Shown piece by piece: positions 37,151 through 50,100 of a stretch of 64,000 nt of DNA. The DNA lies in the NCBI RefSeq assembly GCF_037042905.1, contig NC_087249.1, positions 10,232,001 to 10,296,000 on the forward strand, in the 5' to 3' direction. The notes below the pieces were generated by a model that made no database searches, was not told the DNA's origin, and saw nothing but the letters and a program-made list of their open reading frames with translations. The stretch's first letter is position 1, and each line of letters opens with the position of its first letter. This DNA is from Lytechinus pictus (taxonomy: Eukaryota). The translations under genes were made by a program, and so were the position numbers.

Positions 37151-38034
37151 TCTATTTATATTCAGATCTGAAAACTGGATCTTTCAAGCACTTTTGAAAT
37201 AAAGAACAAGCGGTTTATCTCAGTAAACAATCCGAGCGCAAAGTGCGAGCTAATTTTTTTAAAGATTTAAACCTACAAATTATGAAAAAGATGGATATCT
37301 TCTTAAATAAATGATTTGATTTTATATATTTCGATCTAAAAAGTGAAGAAAAAAAATAAGCACGTCTTGAAATAAAGAGATGGCTGTGTATTAATGCAAA
37401 GCGCGAGCGAATTTTTAATTTTTATACAATGACCTGAAAGTTTTATTTTTTTTTCAATTATTCCCCTCCCCTTCCATCATTTAATTTTCCTATCTTTCTT
37501 CTTATTTGTCTCCTCACCTTCCTATTTTGCGCGCCAATAGGGGGCGGGGCCGCTTCGCCCCCTGGATCTACCAATGATGACCCCTCCCAAGGCAGGAATT
37601 ATGTGTAAAAATGGAATATAAAAGTCTCGTTAATAGAGTATTTAAAAAAAAAAATTGGGGGATTAAACATAGTTAAAATTCACTGCGAAGGATTAATCAT
37701 AACTCATGAAAACTGTTCTTTTTACGCGAACAATGAAAATATTCTTATATTTCAAGTAAATTTGGAATAAAGGAAAAATAAATTAGTTTAACAAAGGGAT
37801 GTTTTTACGGGGTATGGAACATTCTCGTCTACCATCTATACACTAAATTCACTTATTAGTATCCAGGGGCGATTTTCTTTTTTCGTCATTTTTATTAGTT
37901 ATGAAATTGACAATGGCCATCGATGTCATCAATGTCTTCACTCTTTGGCTGGCATATAGGGCTAGATGCGAGTTCGAGAATAGTCGGGCCGGCATGCCTT
38001 TTCTTTTCCTATCCAAGTTCTTAACAAAAACTAT

Positions 38035-38107
38035 GGCCCGAATTCACAAAGGTCGACTAAAGTTATACCCGGGGTATAACTTTAGTCGACCTTTGTGAAT
38101 TCGGGCC
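38035..38107. repeat. Perfect 36-bp-arm palindrome (minimal Harbinger-like MITE)
   Basis: GGCCCGAATTCACAAAGGTCGACTAAAGTTATACCC-G-reverse complement. Confidence 0.9.
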
Positions 38108-38999
38108 TTAAAATGTTTATATATATTTCGAAATTCGATGATACATGTGTATAATTTCGATTTTATTATGTATTTTTTTTCCATAATAAAAGACCACAAA
38201 TAGTAGGGGGACATTTGATATTATGTCCCCCCTTTCCAAAATGGAATCCCCCTGTCCCCCCTGGGATTTCCGCCCATGGGGGGGGGGGGGGCTAGGGGCA
38301 TACATTGTCCTCCAGAAATTTTCAAGACAATAAATGCCAGAAAAAAAGAGGCTTAAGGATATTTAAAGAAAAATTGTGGAATTTTCTGAAAAGTAAGTTA
38401 TATGTCAAAATCTATCACATGCAAAATTATTGTTTCGTGCTAACCCTAATAAGACTGGGGGCGGAATCAGCCACGGACATTTTTTGCAATAAATCCACTG
38501 CGCTGACTTTTTATCTTCCAACTCTCGCCGCGCACAATGCAACCCCCAGGCTTTCCTAAAAACTATTTCGTCTTGATCCTCCTCATTTGTCCTCTCCTTT
38601 TTCTTCTTTCTTTCTTTCCACCTTTTTTCTTTTTTTTTTGCTCCGCCAATGGGGGCCGGGGGGGGGGGGGAGGAGCCCGGGCCCACCTGGATCCACCTAT
38701 GACCTATGCTATGTGATTACGGTGGATCAAAGGTTGGAGCCCTGCCCCCCCCCCCCCCATAGGCTGCGGAAGCGGGGGGACGTGTTTTTTGTTGAGAACT
38801 TTTTTTTTTTTTTTTGCTTGTCAATTTTTTTCCTGCGTCCCCCTTAAAATTTTTGGTTGATACCCTTTTTTTTTTTTTTTTGCTTGTCAAAAATTGTTTG
38901 TGGTCTCCCCCTATTTAAATTTTTGGCTTCGGCCGCCAATGCCCCCCCCCCCCGGCAAGTCGGGTGCCAGCGAACTTGACCCCCCCCCCTCCCCCCGTA

Positions 39000-39640
39000 T
39001 TTCAACAGTCTATCGAAAGCTCGGCGCTAGCGCTAGCTGAGAACGGCCACGAAATAATGTTGAAAAAGAATTCTGTCCATGCTGGGTCTGGATGGATATG
39101 GTTAAGCCGATCCGATACAGTAACAGTAGTCAGCACCGTTTCTTGCTGGTGTGGTGGTGCAGATTTCATACCGGTATTACAATTTATACTCTTTTCCCGA
39201 GTACGAACTGAGGTAAAATTCTTATGATATATTCATTTTTATTTATGTTTATAACCTAATGTAATATTTTGTTTTGACAGAAAAGCCTATATTTTAGTCC
39301 GTGAACGAAGAGCGACGAGACCGCCGATCGCGAGAGATTTTGTGCGTAGATGCAGCCGTAGAAGAAGTCTTGGCGGAACATGAAATGCGACCATGCCCGG
39401 AACTCTCGCGTACGTATTTGCTGAGAGTTCGCCTAGAGACCCGCGCAGGATGCGGGACGGGCGCGGGGAATCCCAACCACAAAAATCACTGAAACTGATG
39501 TTAAGTAGATCACGATATGAGAGTCTATCCTGTTGGACTTTGACCTCAAATATTTGTCATTGAGCCTATGGGATGAAATGGCATTGCGCAATGAGAGTTG
39601 TTGTTGAAAAGTCAACTTGAAAAATTTGCAATTCTGCGAG
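39000..39640 (+). promoter_or_regulatory. CpG-rich probable promoter and 5' UTR exons of GLD2
   Basis: Non-repetitive, CpG-enriched; GAG|gtaaaa donor at 39212, ttttgacag acceptor at 39280, CGA|gtaaga donor near 39639. Confidence 0.5.
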
Positions 39641-41035
39641 TAAGAAGATAACTAAGCCAAAGGCCTTTTTATATCTGTTGTCTTGACTCTTGTCAATGTC
39701 ATCAATCTCTCGCCTCGGTTCACAGAAGAAAGAACATCAACAAAACAAACGACCTGTGACACTGCCATGGCATAGTGAACAGAATTGAAGTTCTTAGTAT
39801 GCTATTCTCTCTGAAACTTTGATTTGAAAGACAGAGTGTGTATTATGATGATTGGAATCTTGGATCGAAAACAACCTAGGGCTAGGCTAGTGTGCATGTG
39901 GAACTAATTGACAAGTGACGAGTTGGATTGAACCAAGCAGCATGCAGCAAGAATGTAAATAGATCATGATCTAGAGATCATAGAGTTTAATTTTAGATCC
40001 CTTTGTCAACACACTTTTGACTTGATGTATTTTTCTTTTCTAGTCTTACTAAGTCTTACTAAGAATGTATTGAGGTCTAACTGACTCAATGCTTTGTGTG
40101 AGGTATTCGGCACTCATTTAATGAACAAGGTTATGATATAACCTTGTTCTCAGTTATATCTCCATGTGTGGCAAAATAAGGATGGCAATGTTTGGCTAAT
40201 TTTCTCTTTTTCTTTGGGACAAATGCTTGATTTTTTTACACTGACAGTTTCCATTACACCTATGGCTATTCGTCATACAACTTGGCCCTTAAGTAAATTT
40301 GATTCTTTAAATTATTTTTTTCTTAATTAAAAATAGAGAAAAAAAGAGAAAATTTTCTTGCCATATTATTTTCCACCAATAGAGGGTGTACACAAAAATA
40401 TGCCAAAAATTCAAGTTTTTGAGCGCTCTAGTGAATACAAAAATTATTCCCAAGTTACTAATGAAAAATAAATTGCAATTGTATGGAAATTTTAATCATT
40501 TTTTAAAGTGTGTGCTCTTTACAGAATTGGCATGCCATAGTCCAACTTGTACTCTGTAGATCCCCCACAGGCAGGGTGGTTGCAGTGAACAAGTGGTATT
40601 CGGCAGCTCTGTTGCTTTTTCAAGGATCTCAAAACTGTGGACCTGTTACATTGTGAACGTGATGACGATTCACAGTGGTAACCTTCCCTGATTTCTTATT
40701 TAAAATAAAACATTACATTTGCATTATCATCTTCAAGTTGAAAACGTGATGGGTGTAATTCTTGATCCCAAGTTCTAAAAAAGACAAAGAAAATCAGCAT
40801 CCAAGTTAGCATGATATGTCAGAGCCTAACATTTTGCTGACTCCACAATACAGATACAGCCTGTGTACGCAACTTGCATTCAAAGACAGACTGGATATGG
40901 ATTTTTTTTTAAATAACTTACTGTAACCTTCTATATTGCTGGGGAAAAAACTATTTGACCAAAAGATTGTGATAATTTTTCTTGAATTTATTTAAATTTA
41001 TCAAATTCTATTTCCAGGGAGAATCCGAATTCAGT

Positions 41036-41160
41036 ATGTCTGGTGATCACTACCATCCCAACGGCGGGATGCGTCATCAGCGAGGTTTGAAGCGCACATA
41101 CAATGACAGAGGAGATGCTACTGGTTACTTTGCATATGAAAATCTTTCCAGAATACCATA
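41036..41160 (+). CDS. TENT2: GLD2 first coding exon (exon starts at 41018)
   Basis: ttccag acceptor; MSGDHYHPNGGMRHQRGLKRTYND...RIP|gtaagt, phase 2 fits the next exon. Confidence 0.75.
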
Positions 41161-44100
41161 GTAAGTATAAAAATGGCAATGGTTTATGTATTTATTTATT
41201 TATAAGTCTTTTTTTAGAAGGGTGGCTCCATCAGTAATTGGTATACTGTTGTCCTTGGAGGCCCTACAACAAAAATACAAACATAACAAACATGGGTATA
41301 AAAAGTGTACAATGTAAGTTGAGACAAACAAACTGTAAAGAAGAGAACAACACAAAAGGCCAGTTTATAAATTAAGACTATTATAAAGCCAAAATAAAAG
41401 ACTAAATGAGGATTCGGATTGGGCATTTCTTAAGAAATTAGGTGAATTATTCCAAATGAATGCACCAGCAAAAGAAAAAACTTTGTTTGCCCATTTCCGT
41501 TCAAAGTTTGGGCAAAATCAAACCTGTGCTTTGTGCACTACAAGTACGAATACTATGTACAGTTTAAGATTTCTTAAAGATATTTAAAAATTAGGCTGGA
41601 TTTCGATTAAGGAAAAGAGAAAATATTTTACATTTAAAATATTTCCATCTATCTTCCATGGGAACCCATTTCAGTTTGTTTGAATTAATTTGGGTAGGAT
41701 TTCTTAGATTGACTCCCAAAATTACTCTGGCCATTTTTTGTGTTGTTTGATCATGACATCTTTTGTGCTCTGAGCACAGCTTGGAAGCTATGGAAGACAA
41801 CAGTCGTAGGTGTAGGCTATGTGGATCAGAGAAAGCTTTTGTTCAATACTTTCTTTGCACATTTTATTATTTAAATGTATCTCTTAAAGTTCATTTTGAA
41901 GTGATAATTTCAGAAGTATTCATTTTCACTACCTTATGCATGTCATGATATGAAATTAGAAATTGATTTAGTCTGGTCAGTGTAGCTAATTATGATTAAA
42001 ATTGTCTGTGTTTAGATTTTCTCTTTGAACTCACAAAAGTTAGTCCTTGGGTTGCAGTTATGAATTTTGTTCTGAGGAGCAATAAAAACTGAAAATGGAA
42101 TTTAATCTTTTTAATATCGTTTGCTCAGAACATTCAATGAACAATTTGTATAATAAATGACAACTTACTTACTTTGATTTACTTCAATTTCAAATTAACA
42201 ACACCATGTAGGCCTACATGTATAATTTCATTTCATAACTACTTCATTTTGCAAATATCTTGTAGTTTCAAAGGCATGTATTTATCGAACTCTGTGTTGC
42301 CTTTCAGCTATTCCAATTCTTGGATACCACCTGGAAATCTTCCCAAAAGACTGGGATCGCAGGAGTTTAACAATTATATCCCTAACAAGATGCCACGAAC
42401 AGAAAACTCACGATCGTACTCCACCTCATCGGTCCCATTATCAATGTCATCCGCACCATCGCCTGCCTATTCCCGGATCCCTCCTCCACATCTGCAAAGG
42501 ACTGTTACAAAGGGTCCAAGGTCAATGTCATCATCCTCATCATCATCGCCGGTGGCATTGCCGGCACCAGCAGCAACAAGAGGGACTGCTCATAGTCATA
42601 TTAAAGTTACTGTTCAAAATGGTGTGAACTCTGAGAGAAGGAATAGCAGCACAAGTGGAACAGGTACAGACTCCAGCAAGCATAAAAGTAATCGAGATGA
42701 GATTGATAAATCTGACAAGTCTGGAAAAGAAGTGGATAGTGGGGCAACAAAGAGGAGAGTTTCGTCGCCGTCGTTGAGCAAGACAGAGGGGCTTGGAAAG
42801 ACAGGGTCAGACAGTGGGGCAGGCCCTTCTAGCACCAAGAAGAATTCAAAAGACTTTTTAAAATCTCAAGAGGTAAGGCTGAAAAAACTTAGTCAATTGT
42901 TTGAAATGTAAAAATCGATTCAGCTGCTATTTCAATCTTGATCTCCATTCTTTAGGTAAAAAGGAATTGCTGGAGCTTTATGAACAAGGTGTCGTTTTTT
43001 TTTTTTTTTTTTTTTTTTATGGCACATGTTTGCCTTGAGCATTGTGGTTAAAATTGAATTGGGGCCTTATACTTGTAAATCACACCATTGTTTGTAAATA
43101 GTTTTCTTTTCTTTAATAGTTTTCTCTTTCAGCTGATGCAAGTCGTATGATGCCTCTTTTAAGCATATTAAAATGAGTAAAATCAACTTCAGAAGTTATA
43201 CCAAGAAGGTGATTGGCAGATGGTATCTGAATAAAAAAAAAATCACGCCTTGAAGTTCTATTTCAGGAAAGCATTTCCTCCTAGAAAGATGTGGAAATTT
43301 GTATGGATTTTCTGTTGGACAGAAGTAGCCTATACCAAGCACTTTTGTTCTTTTCGTGGAGGATAACAAGACCTTACATTGTGTTCTTGATCAGTGTTTC
43401 ATCACAATTGTATTGCCTTCCACATGAAATCTCATGGGGCATTTTGTCAGTTCTCAAATTGGGTTCTGTGTGATAGCACAAAAATTGGGGGCAGACTTAA
43501 TTAGGCAGATTTGGTGTTTAGGTCGATCACACTGAATTTCTTGGCAAGTTTGAATTCAGAATCCACCAAACATTCACCAAGTTATGTGATTCTTGCACTT
43601 CAGAAAGCATGTGATTATGATTTCATTGCAGAACCATTATTTTGGCCAAGTTCTGGCATGCTGTTTGAATATTCATGACTACTTTTTATTTTTGATATTT
43701 CTAGATGTCGAGAAGAGTATGGAGCTATTATGTTGCAAACAAGCAAAGCAAAGTAGAGGAGAATGTCAAGGAGGAAATGAGACGGAAGTTAGAAGCATGC
43801 ATCAAGGAAATCTACCCTAGTAAGTGCCAAATACATTATTCATTTGGGTTACCCATTGATATTTTTATCATTTATTTCATAACATGGTAAGGAAGAAAGA
43901 ATTCAAGGTTTACAAATTGAAAGACCACTGAAACGTACAATGCTGACCTCTCTTTTAGCTGTTTGATTGCAGTTGTTCAACAGGAAGAGAAGAAGAAAAA
44001 GCACTTGTACCACTCTTAATAGATGTGGGAATAAATAAGATTGTTGTTGAGAGAATTAAACAGGCCATTAATACTACAGGTTATCTTATATGCTTTTACT

Positions 44101-47100
44101 ATAAATGATGGTAAGATATAAGTCGCGACCTTCCAAGTAATACTGACTGAACATAGTGCTGGTTTGTTTTTTATTTTAATGTTAGTTGATTATAGCCAGT
44201 GAAATATCACCGATAACACAATATATCGCCAAGTACTATACTATACTATGCTACACTATACTATACTATGCTATGCTATGCTATACTATATTATATCCTA
44301 CATAGATTGAATCCTGTATAGTGATTGGATCAAATAGCATCATGTGACCGAATATATTTCAACTATGATGGTGCGTGACGTCAGACCTCGATATATTTTT
44401 CGCTATACCAATATTCTGACGTCATAATTTCAGAAAACTGGATATTTAGCTTAACTCTCTGGCGCACCGGCCAGCGAGCTCTCTCCCGGGCAAGTCCCGC
44501 GATGCGTCGGCGCAGGCACTAATCTGCGTTCCGCTGAGCGCGGTGGCTCGGAAAAAAGTAGGTAATTCAAAGCAAGTAAGCGGACTTTGCAAGCTCAGCG
44601 CTTAGATTTTGGTTATAAATTATTAAAAGTAGGATATAAAACAAATATATCAGGCATTTCATTCGAAAGCATAATGGGTATTATTAATCCTCGGTTGGAC
44701 TGGCAAAACTACTATATTTCCCTCGGGGCTTCGCCCCTCGGGAAAAATAGTAATTGCCAGACCAACCTCAGATGAATAATTCCACTATACTTTCTCAAAG
44801 CCTGATATATTTGTTTACTAATACTATACTATACTATAATATACTATACTATAATATACTATACTATACTATACTATATTATACAACACATAGATAGATC
44901 CTTGACAGCTGATTGGATAAATGCACGTCACATGACATTCGGAGGAATGAGCATTAGCATGCTAAGATATGCTAGCCGTGCTATAGTCGACTATTGCATG
45001 CTCGTGCTATAGTCGACTATAGCATGCTGAAGTAACACACTAAACCCATGGACATGCCCCTGTACACATTGAGTGAATTAGCTGTATACGCGCATGTATT
45101 TACTTTTTTCATCTTGGCCGATCCGACAATGCGTACTGTATGCGGCACTGCGCATACACGTTGCTAAGATTAACACAATGCGCGTATGTACGTTGCTAAG
45201 CTAATCCTTCCCAGGTACACTAGCTGTACCTGGACGACGCACTTTGGAGTTTAGTGCAGTACAGTATACAAATATTCAATGTTGATGAGTGCGATCGTTC
45301 CGAATATTGCATGAGTGTGCAAGTTGAAACAGTCTATTCAACGACGCGAAGCGGAGTTGAATAGACTGTTTCAACTTGCAACGAATGTAATATTCGGAAC
45401 GTCGCACGAATACAACATTGAATATTTGTTTTATACAACACCGATAGCTTACACTTTAGACTAGATAGGCTAGATTCATAGGTCTAGTCTATGACTAACG
45501 CGCGTTAGGTCTTTAATTTTGCTTACAATGTTGTTTTTTGGGAGTCAGTAGATTTAAACCAGTAATCACAGGAGAGTCAAGTACTTTCAACATAGATAGA
45601 TCCATGAGGTCAAATTTGTGTACGAATTCCATAAAATCCAGAAGGAAATCCAGAAGGTACGCAGTCGTACCCTGGGAATAATTTGCTTAGCAACGTACGT
45701 ACGCGCATTGTGTTCAGCTTAGCAACGTTTATGCGCAGTGCTACGTACATCGGTCAGAGATACGAAAACGTGATTACGCGCGTATACCGCTAATTCACTT
45801 AACGTGTACGGGGCATGTCCATGGGTTCAGTGTGCCCAGGGATCTTGCAGTGCTGGCTCATTTACTTCAGCGTGCTATAGTCGAAGTTTATCGTTGAAGT
45901 TGGACTTCGAAAGTTTTGTGTTATGAATTTGAAATGGATTTCCTTCTGGAATTTATATGGAATTAATTCACAAATTGGACATATATCTGGAACTAGACTT
46001 GACTCTGAATTATGGAGTAAATACTGACGCTCAACAGACAAGCAAAATAAGACCTAACGTTTTGTCATAGACTTAAGGCCTAGCTAGATCTAACGTTAGT
46101 CTTAAAGTCATATCTAGTACTTAGCTATATCCATAATTATAGTCTAGACTGTAAGCTATCGGTGTTGTATAAAACAAATATTCAATGTTGTATTCGTGCG
46201 ACGTTCCGAATATTACATTCGGTTCAAGTTGAAACAGTCTATTCAACTCCGCTTCGCGTCGTTGAATAGACTGTTTCAACTTGCACACTCATGTAATATT
46301 CGGAACGATCGCACTCATCAACATTGAATATTTGTATACTATACTATACCATGGAGCTATTACAGAAGGAGGACTGACTCTCTCGAACGCTTTGCCCCAT
46401 GCGCGGCACCGCTAATCCCCTCACAGCAGGGTGGTCCATCACGGCACTTTCACACTTACAGGCGCATGCCGCCCGTAAATCAGCCCTAAATCTGATTGGG
46501 AAAGTTGATCGAATGCAATTTAAAACGCCTTCATTCGGACCCAATGGGTAATATTAATATAAATAAAATTTACAGATCATAATCAACGAAATATAAAAGT
46601 TAGGTCTAGATCTATCTCTTCAAGTGCGTCAATCCTAGTATTTTTCCGAAACGGTCCGGAGCTGAGGCCTGTACTGTGTGAATGAGCTGAGCACGCGAGC
46701 TCGGAGCTCAAGCGTCACACCCACCTTCAACTTACACAAATAGGAGTACGTGGGGCACCGGAAGATACTTGACGATGCATCAATCAACGTAGAAATGCCC
46801 CGCAGATTCGTCGTTATATTTTCAAGGCCATTGTAATCACGCAAATGATCTTTGCATAAAAATTAAGCTCAAAGTATGCTTTTTCACGTTATTATAATTT
46901 CTAAAACATGTACGACCAGGGAAAGATTTAACTACGGAAGAAAGACAGACATACCTAAAATGACCAATCTCCAACTTTCTCCGTTTGTAATTTTGTTGAG
47001 TCGAATGAGATTGTAACGTATTTGGTATGTATGCAAAGGGGATCATCTCAGAAGTTCAACCATACATAAAAGACGTACATCAGGAATCCGTACGAAGAGA

Positions 47101-50100
47101 TATGGATGTTGGAAGTACAGCAAGTCGTGTTTCGATTTTGAAAAAAAACTGAGCTCAAAGAGAAGTTATGTGGGAGAACGGCGGTGCCTCGCAGGGACCT
47201 TCAAAAAATCTCTGACCACAGATTTTACGAGCGGGCTTATCGCGTTATGTAAGCGGGCTCTAACTTTAGCCTGGCGGCTCGCCGATTGATGTTAAATATC
47301 TTTCCTTCGCCCGAAGGAAGCGATAACAAAGGATTTACAGAGGAATTGGAAGATGGTTCTCCTTCTGTAATAGCTCTATGACTATACTGTACATTGCTTT
47401 CCGGTAGGGGGTAAATGAAGATAAGGCTTTCTTCTACGCTTGTCCATGAAAAATGGCCATTCAGTTACCGGCTTATGATGCTCTGAGTTGGTTTAAAGCA
47501 ATACAGATCAGCATTTTTGGTCAGTGAATAGTGATTATAATCTTCATAATTGATAATACTTTGGTCATATTGTGCTACCACGTTATATCATCATTCTCCT
47601 AAAGACCATTATTGAATATTGAATATTTTTTCAATTTTGTATAATTTTGATGATATTGAATATTACCCAGCACTATCCCTCTGAACGGTTAATGTCATCT
47701 GTATCTAGACAGAATGTGACACTTATTGTCTTCCATGAGAAAGAGTATACAGTATATAAAATATTTGTTAAAAAGAAATTTATCATATTGTTTACCTTTG
47801 TAAAGTGTTAGACTATACTTCATAGAAGTATAATATTTATTTTTTATCTTGTGGGCAGAGAATCTTTCCCAAATATTTGATAGGATTACATTTTCTTTAG
47901 CTCAGAATTATGCAAAAATTCATCCTGTTTCTGTTTCTGTTTATGGTAACTCCCATAGGAACTCCGCAGGACAGCATTTTTGCTGGTACACGCCAAGCTG
48001 GTATATAACCAATTACCTAGGAAACATTTTTTATGTCTAGGTTTCAGTCATAGTGGCTGACCTTATAGACGACAGATATTACTCTGGGGTCTTTTTATCA
48101 AAGTGGAGACAATGGCAGAGTGAGGATTCGAACTCACAACCTTGCGATTATGAGTCCAATGCTCTAACCACTGGACCACACGCCCCGGAAACTACATGTA
48201 TATTTGTCACCAATTCCTCTGTACCTACTTTTGTCCAAGTTATGCCATTTATTTATTTATTGGGTATTTTTGACAATGGCTCTAAATTTTGGCATAAATA
48301 GACAGTTGGGTCAAATTTTGATGATTGTTGTTGATATTCCTGATTGTATCTTTTTATCTTTATATGATCAGATGCTCTTCTTCTTCTTGGTGGATCTTCA
48401 ATGAATGGGTTTGGTAGCACAGGATGTGATGCTGATATGTGTCTTTACCTCAGTGATTCATTGGTAATGATATTTATTTTATTTATTTATTTCTATTAGT
48501 TGTCTTTTAAGGTTCAGGGGGATCTAGCTTTTTGGCAAGGAGGCGGTTTTACCGAGGAATTTCTACCGAATAAAGTTCATTTTGGAACTGAGAAATTTGA
48601 CAAGCAAAAAAAGGAAAAAACTGGTCTCATTATAAAACGAAGGCATATTTTTTTTAATTGGCAGCCCAAGGGGGGAGGGGTTATTTAAGTAGAAAAATAT
48701 GTACCTATAATTATTATAACAAATAATAGATGATAATGCAATGTCCTATCAAATGGTACTGCATCTTCTATGTAGAATGCCAAGGGGGAAAAAATATGGG
48801 ATTACCAGAATAGAATTATTATAGTGGGTACAAGGGCATTCTTTGATGTTTTTGTTCTTATTTGTTCTTGTTTTGTTATTGTTAATTTCATTTTAGATTA
48901 GCCAAAAAGATGCAAGACAAATCCTACTCACTCTCAGGGGATACCTTCAACACAGATGCTGTAAGTCATTTACTTTACTTTGCTCCAACGGTTTTGTAGG
49001 ACTAAGCCTGTCCATCGATCAAAGTAGAGATGTCATTTGCATTTGAAATCTACTGCATTCATATGTGCACACATCTAATTTACCAGCGCTACGATGGCTA
49101 CTATTTATCACAAAGATGTATGTTGCATTAGCTTAGCTGATACTGAGCTCAATGCTAAGCTCAGCTCAGCTTAGCCTGATGTAATTCAATGTAATGGTTT
49201 GGTTTAGACTACCCAGCGTTCATTTTACATAAATGAATGCAATATTGAAGCCAAGCCTGCACTTGAGTTACATGTATAGGAACTTCATTGATCTGTATTT
49301 CTGTAGTTGGGTTTGAAAAATCTGTTCAGTTGGAACTCCATCCTTTCATGTATCAGTTTAGGCCATGTCCCTGTAACATATTTTCAAAATGATTTGATTT
49401 AAAGAGAGCAATTTTCGAAGTATTCCAGTGTTTAACTGTTCTTGTTATTGTATTTGTATATTTTTATTTCAGCATTCATCAAGAATATGAAGGTCATTTT
49501 TGCGAAGGTTCCTATACTCAAGTTTCAACACAAGTTATTCAGGTACATTTTTACAGGATTAAGAATATGATATTGCAGGATGGACTCTGATTATGTTTGG
49601 GGCTGGTTATATATGTTTTATTTTATATAAAAAGAGATGGAGGGGGGGGGGGGTCAAATTGCATGAGGAGGTCAAAGGTATATGGAAATCCTGCCTGAAA
49701 TTTCAATTGATATTATTCAATTAAATTTGCATGTTTTAAATAAAACAACAGGATTAAGATAGTACTCCTACAAATATGAGCAGTTAACAAGACCTTACAA
49801 ACCCTAGGCAGATGTAATGTAAAATGATAATTGTAGAAAATTAATATACAATATTGTTAAAGTTCTTCATAGTTACTTCACATATTTATTCAATGAATTA
49901 TGATCATTTCCTATGAGGCTTTAAACACAAAAATATGTTAAATGTTGTCGCAAGTTTAATGTAAAATGGAAATCCGTCATCATGCGAGGAAGGTTACAAA
50001 ATAATATATCGATGGGAATATTTGAATAAGATTAATAAGGAAATCATGAAAGGATACTAAATGTTTGGTATGAAATCAGTTAAATGGGATGGTCAGAAAT

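Noticed and set aside
42174..42307. N-terminal part of ORF 42174..42911 as the GLD2 start
   Set aside because: AT-rich intronic sequence ending in a clear acceptor at 42307; the upstream exon 41036-41160 joins in frame.
48105..48190. tRNA-like sequences (also 53505-53582, 19145-19220, 62702-62780)
   Set aside because: A/B boxes are present but there is no intact cloverleaf; they are SINE heads.
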